Positions 9,681 through 21,600 of a DNA stretch of 64,000 bases are shown one piece after another. The translations under genes and the position numbers were made by a program. The stretch is from IMG/VR virus record IMGVR_UViG_3300032285_001888, positions 1 to 64,000 of that record. One strand, given 5' to 3'. A model generated the notes under the pieces. The model did no database searches. It saw nothing but the letters and a program-made list of their open reading frames with translations, and was not told the origin of the DNA. The DNA is from a virus. Position 1 is the first letter of the stretch. Every line of letters starts with the position of its first letter.

Positions 9681-10061
9681 ATGTCATACTATGTTGGTGG
9701 TGATCTAAACTCAAGCGATTTATTAGGCGAAGGCAATCCCAGATATTTCTATGGATTACAACGTCTAGATGACGGTACACTTTATTTTTATAAAGTAGAT
9801 CAAATAACATCTACAGCATCGATCCCGCTTAACGTGCCAGGATCAAGTGCTAACAACTTTGAAAACTTTGAATATGGAGTTGACTATTTTGACGGACGTA
9901 GTGCTACAACGCACACACGACCATATCCAAACTTAATTTTTGATCAGTATCGTTGGGACAGCAAAAACTGTTATTATTACATTGACAGTCAAGGTAACCT
10001 AGTAGTTCGAATAAATCAAACATACACGTATACTCAATTGCAAACAGTGTCGGCAATCTAA
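9681..10061 (+). CDS. Hypothetical protein in the tail operon
   Basis: 126 aa, Tyr-rich, RBS AAGGA, tightly packed in the structural operon. Confidence 0.6.
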   Translation: MSYYVGGDLNSSDLLGEGNPRYFYGLQRLDDGTLYFYKVDQITSTASIPLNVPGSSANNFENFEYGVDYFDGRSATTHTRPYPNLIFDQYRWDSKNCYYYIDSQGNLVVRINQTYTYTQLQTVSAI

Positions 10062-10076
10062 TAGGAAAAGAATAAC

Positions 10077-13000
10077 ATGGCAGCAGAATTTAAAATTGGC
10101 AGATTACGATTTACATGGCAAGGTCCGTGGACTCCTAATACTACCTATATCAAAGATGCGATAGTAAGCTATCAAGGTAAAACCTATGTTTGTTTAATCG
10201 CTAACACTAGTAACTCAACAAACTTTTATAATGACCTGTACTATGTAACACAGTCTGGTGCAAGTACACCATTGTGGAATTTAATTATAGATGGTAAAAC
10301 ATTTACAGGCCAATGGGTTAGCGGTACAGCCTATGCTCTTGGAAATATTGCAATCTTTGGTGGCCAGATTTATTATGCTAACACAAATCACACTGCTACA
10401 ACCTTTGCTAGCCAAACATCCTATTGGACCTTGTACACTCAGTTTCCTAATTGGCACGTTTCTTGGACTATTAATACAGTTTACGGCATAGGTGATGTAG
10501 TCAAGTATGGCGGCATTGTTTATTCTTGTATTGCCAATCACACCAGCGCCGCAACTACCGCACTAGGATTAGAAGCTGATCAAGCAAGTTGGAAAATATT
10601 TTACAGCGGAGTAGAATATAAAGGTACATGGGCTAGTGGAACAAGATATAAAGTTAACGATCTTGCAAAACTAGGTGCCAACATTTATAAATGTGCAACT
10701 TCTAATGCAGATAATACATTTACATTGGCCAACTGGAGTCTATGGTTGCCTGGTCTAGAGTATGCACCAACTAATCCGTGGAGCAATGGTGCAAACTATC
10801 AAGTAGGTGATGTAGTTGAGTACGGCGGTTACACATATATTGGAAAAACAACTAACAACTCCGGCAATATTCCAAGTACTAGTGGTAGCAATTGGTCTTT
10901 GTTTACTCAAGGATTCTCATTCTCTGGAGAATGGAACAGTAATAGTAGTTACATAGTTGGAACCATAGTTCGCCGTCATGGAAGACTATATTCTGCCAAC
11001 ACAAATAATTCTAATCAAGACCCATCGGCATTTAGTATTGCAACTACCTATGTTGCTGCCGGAAGTTCTGGAACATTGCTAAACGTTGAATCTGGGATTG
11101 GTATCGCTCCGGGTATGTATGTAATAGGCAACGGGTTTACACAAGGACAAACTGTAGTTAGTGTAAGTGTTAACGCAATTACTCTAAGTGCCGGACCAGA
11201 TTCAACAGCTACACTAACTGCTTCTCAGGCATTAAACTTTGTCGGTATCAACTATGCCTACTGGAATTTATTAATTCCAGGTACACAGTGGACTAAGACA
11301 TGGGTACTCAACACTTTCTACACGGTAGGCGATATTGCCGTTTGGCAAAATACAACCTATGTATGTGTTCAAAGCCATACAGCAAGTCTTACTTCGGGAA
11401 TCGGTCAAGCTATCAACAGACCAGACCTTGATACTACAAATGCCTATTGGGTGATTTATGTAACTCATGCTAGAAAAAACGCCATGAACACCCAAGGCGA
11501 TTTAGAATACTATACTAGTGCCTCATCGGGATATACAGCATTACCAATTGGCACAAACTCATATTCGCTAAGAAGCACTAGTTCTACACCAACATGGACA
11601 AATATCAATACTGTAACAAACGTATACTACGTGTGCGCTACTACAGGACAAAATGCCGCAGGCTACGGATCTACATGGGACAAGCCATTTAAGAGCATAG
11701 CCTATGCATGTAATCTAGTAAGTGCAGGAACTCAGTATCCAAACACTGTGGCCTTATTGAATGCTAATAAGTCGTGGATTTTAGCAGAAATGATACAGTG
11801 GGCAAGATATCAAATTGCAAATAACATAAGTCCTTATACCTCAAGTTACGTATTAGATTCAACTAAAGCTTCTAGAGATGCTGGATATATTATAGATGCA
11901 ATAGCATATGACCTAGGGCGTGGCGGTAATAGTCAAACTATCGCGGCAGCATTAAGTTTCTTTGCATTTAACCAAACTAATGTATTTTATAGTAGTGCAG
12001 TCGCTGTGGATGTGCCATATTACATTCCTATGTTGAACTACTTGTCTAGTTTGATTACCTATGCTATAACCCAGCAAGCACCAAGTCCGGTAGCAAGTTA
12101 CCAAATAACTAATAGCATAACTCCGGTTATATATCAAACTACCGGGTTATCCGGAGCAGAACCCTCTGTAACAGCCAATGGATTAGCACCAGCGTTATTA
12201 AACTATATTATTACAGCATTATCAACACAAAGTACTTACGCATTGCCAAGTCCAAATACCGGTATTAGCATTACTATTTTTGTTAAAACTGGAACTTTCA
12301 GCGAACCGTTGCCGATATCGGTACCAGAAAATACAGCTATTGTCGGCGACGAACTCCGAGGTGCTATTGTACAACCAGCTATTAGCATTAAAACAACAGC
12401 TACAGCTAGCAATTCTGTTACCAATACTTTTACAGCAAGTAATATCAGCTTAATGACAGACCAAATGCCGGTGATGTTTGCTAATCCAATAATACAAAAT
12501 GTCATCGGAACGACCTATGCAGGATTCGGCGGGATAACAACCGGTCAAAAATACTATGTAGTAGGTTCAACAGTTAATAGCTCAACTAATCAGTTTGGTA
12601 TAACAGGCACGACAGGAACCTACACTTATGTATCGGCAGCTAACATATCTAGTGCAGGATCTACAGCAACATTTTCAGTTAGCGCACTAAGTACCGGATT
12701 GTATTCTGTGTCAGCGAGTTACGGTGGTACTGGTTATGTATCTGGAGACAGACTTAGAATCGCTGGCGGTATAGTTGGAGCGCCAACATTTGCGGCCACA
12801 GCACTAGTATCCGGACTAACCTACACCATCACGACAGTTGGAACAACTACGTGGACTACTGGCGGCGCAGGCTATAATACCATTGGAACATCATTTGTAT
12901 ATAACGGTGCAACATTAACCGGTACTGGTACAGCAAATTTATCTGTAAATGACGTTAATATTGTAGTTAATACAATATCAGGTGCAGGAACAACTGGGCC

Positions 13001-16000
13001 AATTTTAGCAATTACTCCTTCGGGATCTACAGTGGTACAACTATCAACCTATGTTGGTGGAAACATGACCGTTTATGCCGGAGATAGTTTAAAAGACATG
13101 TTCCGTTTGCGTAATGGAACTGGTCTTCGTAACATGACATTCAACGGACTAGTAGGTACACTAGGACAAATTGACAGTAATCTAATCCAACGTCCTACTG
13201 GAGGAAGCTACGCATGTTTAGATCCAGGTACTGGACCTAACGATACAACAGCTTGGATTTTCCGTCGTAGTCCTTATGTACAAAACGTTACTGCTTTTGG
13301 CGACGGCTGTACCGCTCTTAAGATCGACGGTACCCTACATAACGGTGGAAATAAATCAATAGTATGTAACGATTTTACTCACATTGTCAACGACGGAATT
13401 GGAATATGGTGTACCGGACCAGGAGCGTTAACTGAAGCGGTATCTGTGTTCTCATACTACGGCTATTCAGGTTATATGGCCGAAGCAGGTGGACGTATTC
13501 GTGCTACCAACGGTAACTCATCATACGGAATATATGGTGTTATTGCAACCGGTTATGATATAACAGAAAGTCCTGCTACTGGAATTATATTCAATCAGTC
13601 GTCTCAAATACAAGCTACAGTTCAAAGTTCATACGGCTCGTCTGCACAGTTATTGAGACTAAGCTATGCAAATGCAGGGTCTGCGTATTACATACCAACT
13701 ACAAACTTGTTAAATTACAGCAATAACTTTATTGGAGCAAATTGGACATCAGACGGTAATGTTGTTTTCAGTAAAAATACTACATCACTAACAGGTAATA
13801 CCGAAGCATGGACTTTGCAAGGTCTGACATCGGGTCCTGACGGAAGTTATGTTTATCAAAATATTGCTATTCCTGCTGCCGGTGCAACATACTCGTCTGT
13901 TAGTGCAGTTAACGTAAGCGGTACTGGACTAGGTGCAACATTCAATATTACAGTAACTAGTACAGCCTATATAGTTACTACAAGCAGTCCGGGAAGCGGT
14001 TATGTTTCCGGCAATCAACTTTTTGTTTCCGGCGGCCAACTAGGTGGTGTTAACAGTGTAAACGATTGCGTTATTACAGTATTTTCATTAAGTGGCGGTA
14101 GCGGAATAGGAACAGTGACTGCCACAGGTACTGTACCTGTTAATAGTGCTTTAAATTATACTGTTAGTCTTTATGTTAAACAAGGAACAGCTAGCAGTAT
14201 TGATGTGTACGGACTATTTACTGGAAGTAATTCTTTAACCAGCGGAATTAACTATAATTTTGTAACAGGTGCAGTGACTTCTAAAAATATTCCAGTATCA
14301 GGATCTAGTGCAGGGTTCTTACCAGTGCAGTATGGAGCCATTAATCAAGCTATCGCCAGTACCGGCAATACCGTTGGTTGGTATAGACTATGGATGACGA
14401 TCAATGACACCACTGGTTTAAACTCAAATTTACAATTTAGAATTTACCCAAGGGGTTACTCTGGTACGGCAGGGCAATATACCTATGTATATGGAGCTCA
14501 AGTTGAGCTTTCTACGAGTACATACAAGCCAAATTTCTATCTCGAAGTGGCATCAACTTCAAAATATACAGCGTATGCTAATCTAAACATTACAGGATCG
14601 GGAACTGGAGTAGTTACTATTGCTGACGAAGTAAGAAGTGCTAGCGTATTCCAGACCTATGTAACTACAGATTCAACAGGTATAACAGGTGGTGCTGGCT
14701 ACTTAACAGCTAGTAATAATGCTCAAAGCGGTACCAATCAATACGTACAGTTATCAACATCTGATACAAATACAAATGCAAATTATACTGGAATGCGTGT
14801 GTTTATTAATAGCGGAACTGGTGCTGGACAGTACGGTTATATTAGCTATTTTGATAGTCGTACAACTGGAGGCACTCCAAAATTTGCATGGGTGTTGAAA
14901 GAATCATTTACTAGTCTGCAGATAATCAGTACAAATCAGGGAACTGGTTTGTTTACACTAAATGCAACTTCTAATACTAGCACCCTTTATCTAAATCAGC
15001 CAGTGCAGTTTATCCCAACATACTACACTACTGTGGTAGGATCAACTAATTTATTACAAACTTTTGTAAGATCTGCAAAGGGCGGAACAGACAATTATTT
15101 TACTTGCGACAGTACGTTAGGACTTGCAGGTAATATGGCTGTTACATTCAGTGCCCAAGTAGGACAAGCTATATTCAGTAACGTGGTTGCAGGCTATACT
15201 TATTATGTTGTTCCTGGAACAATTACAAGCACCACATTCCAAATAAGTGCAAACTACGCCGGAACTGTTTATCAGCTAAACAGTGTTAATAGCGGAACAA
15301 TGGTAATGAACTTTACTGCAAATAATAATTACCTACAAGCTAACACACTTAATATGGTTGTAAATTATCCGATTCAATTTACAGGAACAGCATTGGGTGG
15401 AGTTTCTGATAGTGTAGTTTATTATATCAATGAAATTATTGACGCAAATAATTTTACTATTTCAACAACACTAGTAACGGCTACTGCAACTGCAACTACT
15501 GCAGGATCTACTACAGGATTGGCCTATAACTATTGGGGATCAAATCCTCCATTACTAACAGTCAATTCTACAAGTTCTTTAATACCATTGAATCCTATAC
15601 TCTTTACTAACACAGTATTTGATCAAGTAGTAGATAGTCAAAAATACTATATTGCAAGTATACAAGATTCGACACATATTACTATAGCATCATCATTGCT
15701 ATCAGTAAATATGACAGCTACTGCTACAGGTACTAATCTTATTACGGTTGCAAGTACAACAGGATTCCAACAAAATCAGCCTATTGTATTCTATGGAACT
15801 ACGTGGGAAACAAACTTAATTTCAGGAACTATCTACTATATTCTAGCGGTCAACAGCGTAGGAACTAATGGAACATTTACCATAAGTCAAACACCTGGTG
15901 CTGGAGCAATACAGATGAATGGCGGCACCGGACTCATGACTGCAAAAACATGCCCGGCTGCGCTTCAGTTTACCGGTGGTCTAACAGGCACTATGACTGG

Positions 16001-18605
16001 CAGTAGTACTAATACTGTAAAAACCTTGACTCTGAGTAGTTCAGGCGCTATGACTGCTACGTTCTCGACTAGTTTATTTGGAGGATCGAGTGTTACTATT
16101 GGACAGACATATTATGTGCAATCGATTCCTAGTACTACTGGAAGCACTTTTGGTGTTTCACTAGCACAAGGCACAATAAGCGGCACATCAACATCGGCTA
16201 CCCCAATATCATTACAGACTAAAACTGGATCAATGAATGTGGCCGCGGTTGGGTGGGATCATATTAATCCTGGAACGCAGATTGCATCTGTGCTAGATAA
16301 CTCAAGTACGTATTTTATTGAGCCACTCTTAACTTATCTTGCTCCTGCATTCGGCCAAACAACTTATACAAGTGCTGTAGCATTAGGAGCCGCAAGTTGG
16401 ACTTCAATGGCCTACGGATTAAACTACTGGATAGCGATGCCAAGCACGGGGCAGACTGCCGCAGGGTCGAGCGACGGGCAAACATGGACTAGTTTAAGTC
16501 TACCGTCGAGTCAAACATGGACTGGAATAGCATACGGTAACGGTTACTATGTTGCTGTTGCTAGCGGATATGGAAGTGCTATTGTTAGTAAAGGAGCAGG
16601 TCTAGGATGGAGAGTTAACGCACTAACAACTTCAACTACTTGGTCAAATATTGTCTACGGTAATGGCACATTTGTTGCTTTTGCATCTGGAACCAATACA
16701 GGAGCATATAGTACTAACTACGGATCAACATGGACTAGCTGTCAAACATTTTCAAATCTAACAATTACCGGATTCACAGTTAGTGGCGGAACAGCTACAG
16801 CAACGTTTGCTACACAACCTTTTGCTCCATTTACAACTTCCTCGACAATTACAGTATCAGGATTTAGCCCTTTACAAACCACCGGAACAGTTAATAACGT
16901 TAACGGAACATTTACAGTTGCTAGTTGTTCTACAACACAGGTTACATTTGCCTTAACTGGAACATATACATCGAGTATTCTAGGAACAATTAGCGGATTC
17001 CGTACAGGCTTACCTACTAGTAGTACCTGGACCAGCATGGCCTATGGTAACGGATTATTTGTGGCAATTGCTTCTGGTAGTGCTGCCGCGGCCTATAGCA
17101 CAGACGGAAGAACATGGATTGCAAGCACTTTACCTGCTAGTAGCACCTGGACTAGTGTTGCTTACGGTCAACAAACATTTGTTGCAGTTAGTAGCACAAC
17201 TAGAACACCGGCTTATACACAAGATGGAAAAACTTGGTACAGCAGTAATATCGCTATAACAGCTTCTGTAGTTGTGTATGGGCAAGGAGTATGGACTGCA
17301 TTAAACAGCGGAACTACTGTGGCTTATACAACTGAAGATTGTCTACAATGGACCTATCAAGCCGTAGCTTCGCAGTTATATAATACGTGTACAGCATTTG
17401 GAATAACAGCATCAACTTATATGGGTGTTATACCCGGATTATCTGGTCAAAGTGTTGGTAGTATAATTAGTGCAGGCTGTAGAACTAAAGGTAGGGCATC
17501 AGTTACTTCGGGAATCATTACTAGTGTTAGTGAATTTGAGCCAGGCTCGGGATATGTTATGGGAGGAGTAAGTTCAACATTTGCTACTCCAAGTTTAACA
17601 GTTACAGATCCAAACGTGACTACTACGGTTACAACACTTCAACGTGTTAGCAACGGTACACTAAGTAGTCCAAGCTTCTATAACAAAGGCGCAGGATATA
17701 ATAGTAATTCTACAGTAGTACTAGTCACAGGCTCGGGATATGCTGATCAATATCAAATAGGACTAACTGTTATTTTAAATAACCTATCGAGATTGCCTAG
17801 CCCTGGTGATAACTTAACCATAGCAGGCATTAGTCAAATATATAAAGTTACTAGTGCCTATGCAGTATTTGGAACCAGTGCACCTAACTACGAAGCCAAC
17901 GTTGCTGTAAGTCCTGCAATTACAACTGCTAATGCAACTGCAAATGGTACCATAGTGAGCATCCGTACAAAATATAGTCAAGCTCGACTAACAAATCACG
18001 ACTTCTTGTATATCGGATCGGGAGATTTAATTGCATCGCTGTATCCAGCAACCAGTAATGCTCTAGCATTTCCTAATAATCAAACAGTTGAAGCTAACTA
18101 TGGTCGTGTGTTCTACACCAGTACTGACCAAGACGGTAACTTCAAAGTTGGTAGTTTATTTGGAGTACAACAAGCAACAGGTATTGTTACATTGAGTGCA
18201 AGTCAATTTGGACTAACTGGATTGAATAGTTTGAGTCTAGGCGGTATCAGTGTAGGCGGATCAAGCGTGGTTATTCAACAATTCAGTACAGACAGCACGT
18301 TCAGCGCCAACAGTGATGCAGTGGTCCCAACACAAAAAGCTATTAAGACATACTTAACCAGTCGATTGAGCCAAGGTGGCGCAAATACATTTACAGGACA
18401 ACTAACGGCAGGTACCGTTGTAGTCGGAGGTCCTAACTATATTAAATCTACAATTCCAAACGGCGTCACAGGGTCTAATGTAAAAATGGCACAGAAGGTG
18501 TACTTTGGACAAAGCCCAGGTCTCGGAGCAGTTAACGTAGGCGTCGACGGTAATATGGCGGCATTGGACTTTTTTGCTAGAAATGCATTCCGCAGAAACA
18601 GCTAA
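10077..18605 (+). CDS. Giant tail fibre/adhesin-like protein (CBM5/12-like repeats, pectin-lyase-like beta-helix, propeller repeats)
   Basis: 2842 aa. N-terminal W...T.Y..GD.V.YGG..Y.C repeats; VGDELR / LRNMT / SPYVQNVT beta-helix motifs; WTS.AYGNG.FVA repeats; C-terminal RLT.HDFLYIG.G...GRVF.TSTDQDGNF.VG. Confidence 0.85.
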   Translation: MAAEFKIGRLRFTWQGPWTPNTTYIKDAIVSYQGKTYVCLIANTSNSTNFYNDLYYVTQSGASTPLWNLIIDGKTFTGQWVSGTAYALGNIAIFGGQIYYANTNHTATTFASQTSYWTLYTQFPNWHVSWTINTVYGIGDVVKYGGIVYSCIANHTSAATTALGLEADQASWKIFYSGVEYKGTWASGTRYKVNDLAKLGANIYKCATSNADNTFTLANWSLWLPGLEYAPTNPWSNGANYQVGDVVEYGGYTYIGKTTNNSGNIPSTSGSNWSLFTQGFSFSGEWNSNSSYIVGTIVRRHGRLYSANTNNSNQDPSAFSIATTYVAAGSSGTLLNVESGIGIAPGMYVIGNGFTQGQTVVSVSVNAITLSAGPDSTATLTASQALNFVGINYAYWNLLIPGTQWTKTWVLNTFYTVGDIAVWQNTTYVCVQSHTASLTSGIGQAINRPDLDTTNAYWVIYVTHARKNAMNTQGDLEYYTSASSGYTALPIGTNSYSLRSTSSTPTWTNINTVTNVYYVCATTGQNAAGYGSTWDKPFKSIAYACNLVSAGTQYPNTVALLNANKSWILAEMIQWARYQIANNISPYTSSYVLDSTKASRDAGYIIDAIAYDLGRGGNSQTIAAALSFFAFNQTNVFYSSAVAVDVPYYIPMLNYLSSLITYAITQQAPSPVASYQITNSITPVIYQTTGLSGAEPSVTANGLAPALLNYIITALSTQSTYALPSPNTGISITIFVKTGTFSEPLPISVPENTAIVGDELRGAIVQPAISIKTTATASNSVTNTFTASNISLMTDQMPVMFANPIIQNVIGTTYAGFGGITTGQKYYVVGSTVNSSTNQFGITGTTGTYTYVSAANISSAGSTATFSVSALSTGLYSVSASYGGTGYVSGDRLRIAGGIVGAPTFAATALVSGLTYTITTVGTTTWTTGGAGYNTIGTSFVYNGATLTGTGTANLSVNDVNIVVNTISGAGTTGPILAITPSGSTVVQLSTYVGGNMTVYAGDSLKDMFRLRNGTGLRNMTFNGLVGTLGQIDSNLIQRPTGGSYACLDPGTGPNDTTAWIFRRSPYVQNVTAFGDGCTALKIDGTLHNGGNKSIVCNDFTHIVNDGIGIWCTGPGALTEAVSVFSYYGYSGYMAEAGGRIRATNGNSSYGIYGVIATGYDITESPATGIIFNQSSQIQATVQSSYGSSAQLLRLSYANAGSAYYIPTTNLLNYSNNFIGANWTSDGNVVFSKNTTSLTGNTEAWTLQGLTSGPDGSYVYQNIAIPAAGATYSSVSAVNVSGTGLGATFNITVTSTAYIVTTSSPGSGYVSGNQLFVSGGQLGGVNSVNDCVITVFSLSGGSGIGTVTATGTVPVNSALNYTVSLYVKQGTASSIDVYGLFTGSNSLTSGINYNFVTGAVTSKNIPVSGSSAGFLPVQYGAINQAIASTGNTVGWYRLWMTINDTTGLNSNLQFRIYPRGYSGTAGQYTYVYGAQVELSTSTYKPNFYLEVASTSKYTAYANLNITGSGTGVVTIADEVRSASVFQTYVTTDSTGITGGAGYLTASNNAQSGTNQYVQLSTSDTNTNANYTGMRVFINSGTGAGQYGYISYFDSRTTGGTPKFAWVLKESFTSLQIISTNQGTGLFTLNATSNTSTLYLNQPVQFIPTYYTTVVGSTNLLQTFVRSAKGGTDNYFTCDSTLGLAGNMAVTFSAQVGQAIFSNVVAGYTYYVVPGTITSTTFQISANYAGTVYQLNSVNSGTMVMNFTANNNYLQANTLNMVVNYPIQFTGTALGGVSDSVVYYINEIIDANNFTISTTLVTATATATTAGSTTGLAYNYWGSNPPLLTVNSTSSLIPLNPILFTNTVFDQVVDSQKYYIASIQDSTHITIASSLLSVNMTATATGTNLITVASTTGFQQNQPIVFYGTTWETNLISGTIYYILAVNSVGTNGTFTISQTPGAGAIQMNGGTGLMTAKTCPAALQFTGGLTGTMTGSSTNTVKTLTLSSSGAMTATFSTSLFGGSSVTIGQTYYVQSIPSTTGSTFGVSLAQGTISGTSTSATPISLQTKTGSMNVAAVGWDHINPGTQIASVLDNSSTYFIEPLLTYLAPAFGQTTYTSAVALGAASWTSMAYGLNYWIAMPSTGQTAAGSSDGQTWTSLSLPSSQTWTGIAYGNGYYVAVASGYGSAIVSKGAGLGWRVNALTTSTTWSNIVYGNGTFVAFASGTNTGAYSTNYGSTWTSCQTFSNLTITGFTVSGGTATATFATQPFAPFTTSSTITVSGFSPLQTTGTVNNVNGTFTVASCSTTQVTFALTGTYTSSILGTISGFRTGLPTSSTWTSMAYGNGLFVAIASGSAAAAYSTDGRTWIASTLPASSTWTSVAYGQQTFVAVSSTTRTPAYTQDGKTWYSSNIAITASVVVYGQGVWTALNSGTTVAYTTEDCLQWTYQAVASQLYNTCTAFGITASTYMGVIPGLSGQSVGSIISAGCRTKGRASVTSGIITSVSEFEPGSGYVMGGVSSTFATPSLTVTDPNVTTTVTTLQRVSNGTLSSPSFYNKGAGYNSNSTVVLVTGSGYADQYQIGLTVILNNLSRLPSPGDNLTIAGISQIYKVTSAYAVFGTSAPNYEANVAVSPAITTANATANGTIVSIRTKYSQARLTNHDFLYIGSGDLIASLYPATSNALAFPNNQTVEANYGRVFYTSTDQDGNFKVGSLFGVQQATGIVTLSASQFGLTGLNSLSLGGISVGGSSVVIQQFSTDSTFSANSDAVVPTQKAIKTYLTSRLSQGGANTFTGQLTAGTVVVGGPNYIKSTIPNGVTGSNVKMAQKVYFGQSPGLGAVNVGVDGNMAALDFFARNAFRRNS

Positions 18606-18625
18606 AAACTATAAAAAGCAAATCA

Positions 18626-18633
18626 TATAAATA
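18626..18633 (+). promoter_or_regulatory. Late promoter (full T4 consensus TATAAATA)
   Basis: Exact TATAAATA 20 nt upstream of ATG 18654, with RBS GAGGA between. Confidence 0.8.
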
Positions 18634-18653
18634 CTATCAGAGGATGATAAAAA

Positions 18654-21600
18654 ATGGCAGAATATAAACTAGGTAGAATTAAACCTGTATATCAAGGATC
18701 ATGGACCGCAGGCGGATCATATGTAGTTGACGATATTGTTACAGTAGGTGGAAAAACCTATATTTGTGTAATATCTAACACAGCGTCTGGCTCTTTCAAT
18801 ACAGATTTAACTGCAAATCCGTCACTATGGAACATAATTGCAGACGGAAGTACTTGGCGCGGAACATGGCAAAATGCTACTACTTATAATATAGGTGACT
18901 TAGCATTGTATGGCGGAGTGCTTTATCAAGCTACAACAGCACACTCTAGTACTAGTGCTACTGCTACAATAACCGCTGCCACAGCTAGTGCTAACGGTAG
19001 CACAGCAACAATTGGTTTTGCTCAACAAGTAGTACAACCATACCTAGTTGGAGCAACTATCACAGTTGCCGGATTCTCATCACAAACAGCATTTAATGGA
19101 TCATTTACTGTAACAGCATGTACAACGACTACAGTAAGTTATACTCTAGCACAGACATTAACTGGTACAACAATGGGTACTGTAACTGGCCCAAGTCAAT
19201 TAGGGTTAGAAAATAGTCAGTATAATGCTATCAGCGGAGTATCAATTGGTGCTAACGGAACATTTGCAGGCTCAGCAACATTAAACGTAGGTATGGCAGT
19301 TGTTGTTAGTGGAACTAGCAGTAACGGAAGCATTACAGGTTATACTAATCCTACAACATATTATATCATTGCAACTAATGGTGTTAACACAGGATTTACT
19401 CTAAGTGCTACTCAGGGCGGAGCTCCGGTTGGAACTGTTGCAGGCACCGGTGCTGGACTAACATTCAACATAGCATATTGGGTTCCATATTCAAGCAATA
19501 TCAATTGGATTGGTGCTTGGACAACTAATACACGCTATAAATTAAACGACTTAGTTAGCTACGGTGGTTACACTTATGTTTGTAATCTAGCACACGTATC
19601 AGCTAATACAGCAACCTTAGGACTAGAACAAGACCAAAGTAAGTGGTCAACATTTAATGCTGGAATATTTTATCAAGGAAGTTGGAGTTCATCAAGTGTT
19701 CGCTATCGTGTAAACGACGTAGTAACCTATGGTGCAGATCTTTGGATTTGTACAACTGCTCATACATCTAGCACATCATTCGCATCTGCTAACTTTAGTT
19801 TGTTTGTTGCAGGTTTTGAATATTTAAACTCATGGAGCGCAAGCACTACTTACGTTCAAGGTGACGTAGTTAGTTATGGTGGTAATACATATATTGCCCT
19901 ACAAAATCATTCAGGTCAAACTCCAAGTACTGCACTCACATACTGGCAACCATTTACAACCGGTTTAACATTTGCCGGTGCATGGACAACAACTCCAACT
20001 GGGATACAAACAGGACAAACTGGTTATAGAATCGGAGATGTTGTAACTGTTGACGGTTATACATATCTAGCAGTTGCTGATAACGCTGTACAAACTGTAA
20101 CAGCAACAGCAGTAACTAATCCAACAGCTACAATGCCTTCGACTACTATAAGTACTCTTGGTGCGTTAAACATCGGCGGAACTGTAACAGGTACTGTTGC
20201 TATTGGCATGTATCTAAGTGGCGGTGGGCTAACAACTAACACATATTACATCACAGGCGGAAGCGGAACAAGTTGGACAACTAACTATACCGGTACAGCT
20301 ATTGCTAGTACTACTATCACAGGTACACATAATTTAGTTAGTTTACCAAGTATTATAATAACAGCCGCGAGCGCATCAGGCGGAACTGCTACATTAACCT
20401 ATGCTACACAATCAGCTGTACCGTTTGTTGCAGGACAATACATCACTGTTGCAGGTGTTACACCAGCAGGATTTAACGGAACGTATGTTGTTACAGGTTC
20501 ACCTACCACAACACAAGTAACTTATGCACTAACTGGTACACTTACTGGATCAGCATTTGGTACAGTTGCTGGAACTACAACTAACTTGGTAACAGGATTA
20601 CCAATTACTTTTGGATCAGCACTAGGCGGATTATTAACAACTCAACAATACTATGTAAGAGATATCCCAACAGGCGGCACAACATTTAGTGTCAGCACAA
20701 CATCGGGCGGAGTTCCTGTACTATTAACAGCATCTTCAGCAAATACAACACTGGGTACAACAAATCCAAAACCACCATTTGCAACCTATTGGGGACAACT
20801 AAACTCTGGTATTAAGTGGAATCCTAGTTACAATACATATACCGGTCTTAGTGCTACAAACGTAACAGGTACAGGTGTAGGCGCACAATTTACAGTGCTA
20901 GCTAGAAATACAACATATACTGTCACAGTAACTAACGGCGGATCTGGATATTCGCAGACTGCAGGCTCTAACACAATTAAGATCCTAGGTACAAGCCTAG
21001 GCGGTGTGAGCCCAGCCAACGATCTAACCATGACTATCTCATCAGTTGCTAGCGGTGTAATTCAAACTGGCGGAGTGACTGTAGTTGGTATCAGTGTAAC
21101 ATGGGCGAGCTCAACAACTTATGTTGCAGGCGACACAGTACTATGGGGAGTTAGTACATATATTTGTATACTAGCACACGTAGGCGCTACAGGAAATCGT
21201 CCTGATAATGACACAACAGGTACATATTGGAACTTGATGGCATCCGGTACAGAACAAGCTGTTCTTACCACACAAGGTGACATGTTCTATTATGGATCTA
21301 CTGGTCCGACACGACTACCGATTGGTACAGACGGTCAAATTCTCCGTGTTAACAATAATATTCCAGCATGGCAATATTATGGTCAAATTAATAATTTAGT
21401 TTATGTTTCACCTGCCGGCTCAGACGTTACTACTGCTGGACAAGGTACAACTATTGATAAGCCTTGGCAAAGTGTTCGTTATGCTTGCCAACAAGTAGAA
21501 GATGGTTACTTAAATCCTAATACTAAATTCTTAATGACTGCTAATAAACAGTTTATGATGAAAGAAGTTAATAACTATATCTATTATCAATATAGTGTTA

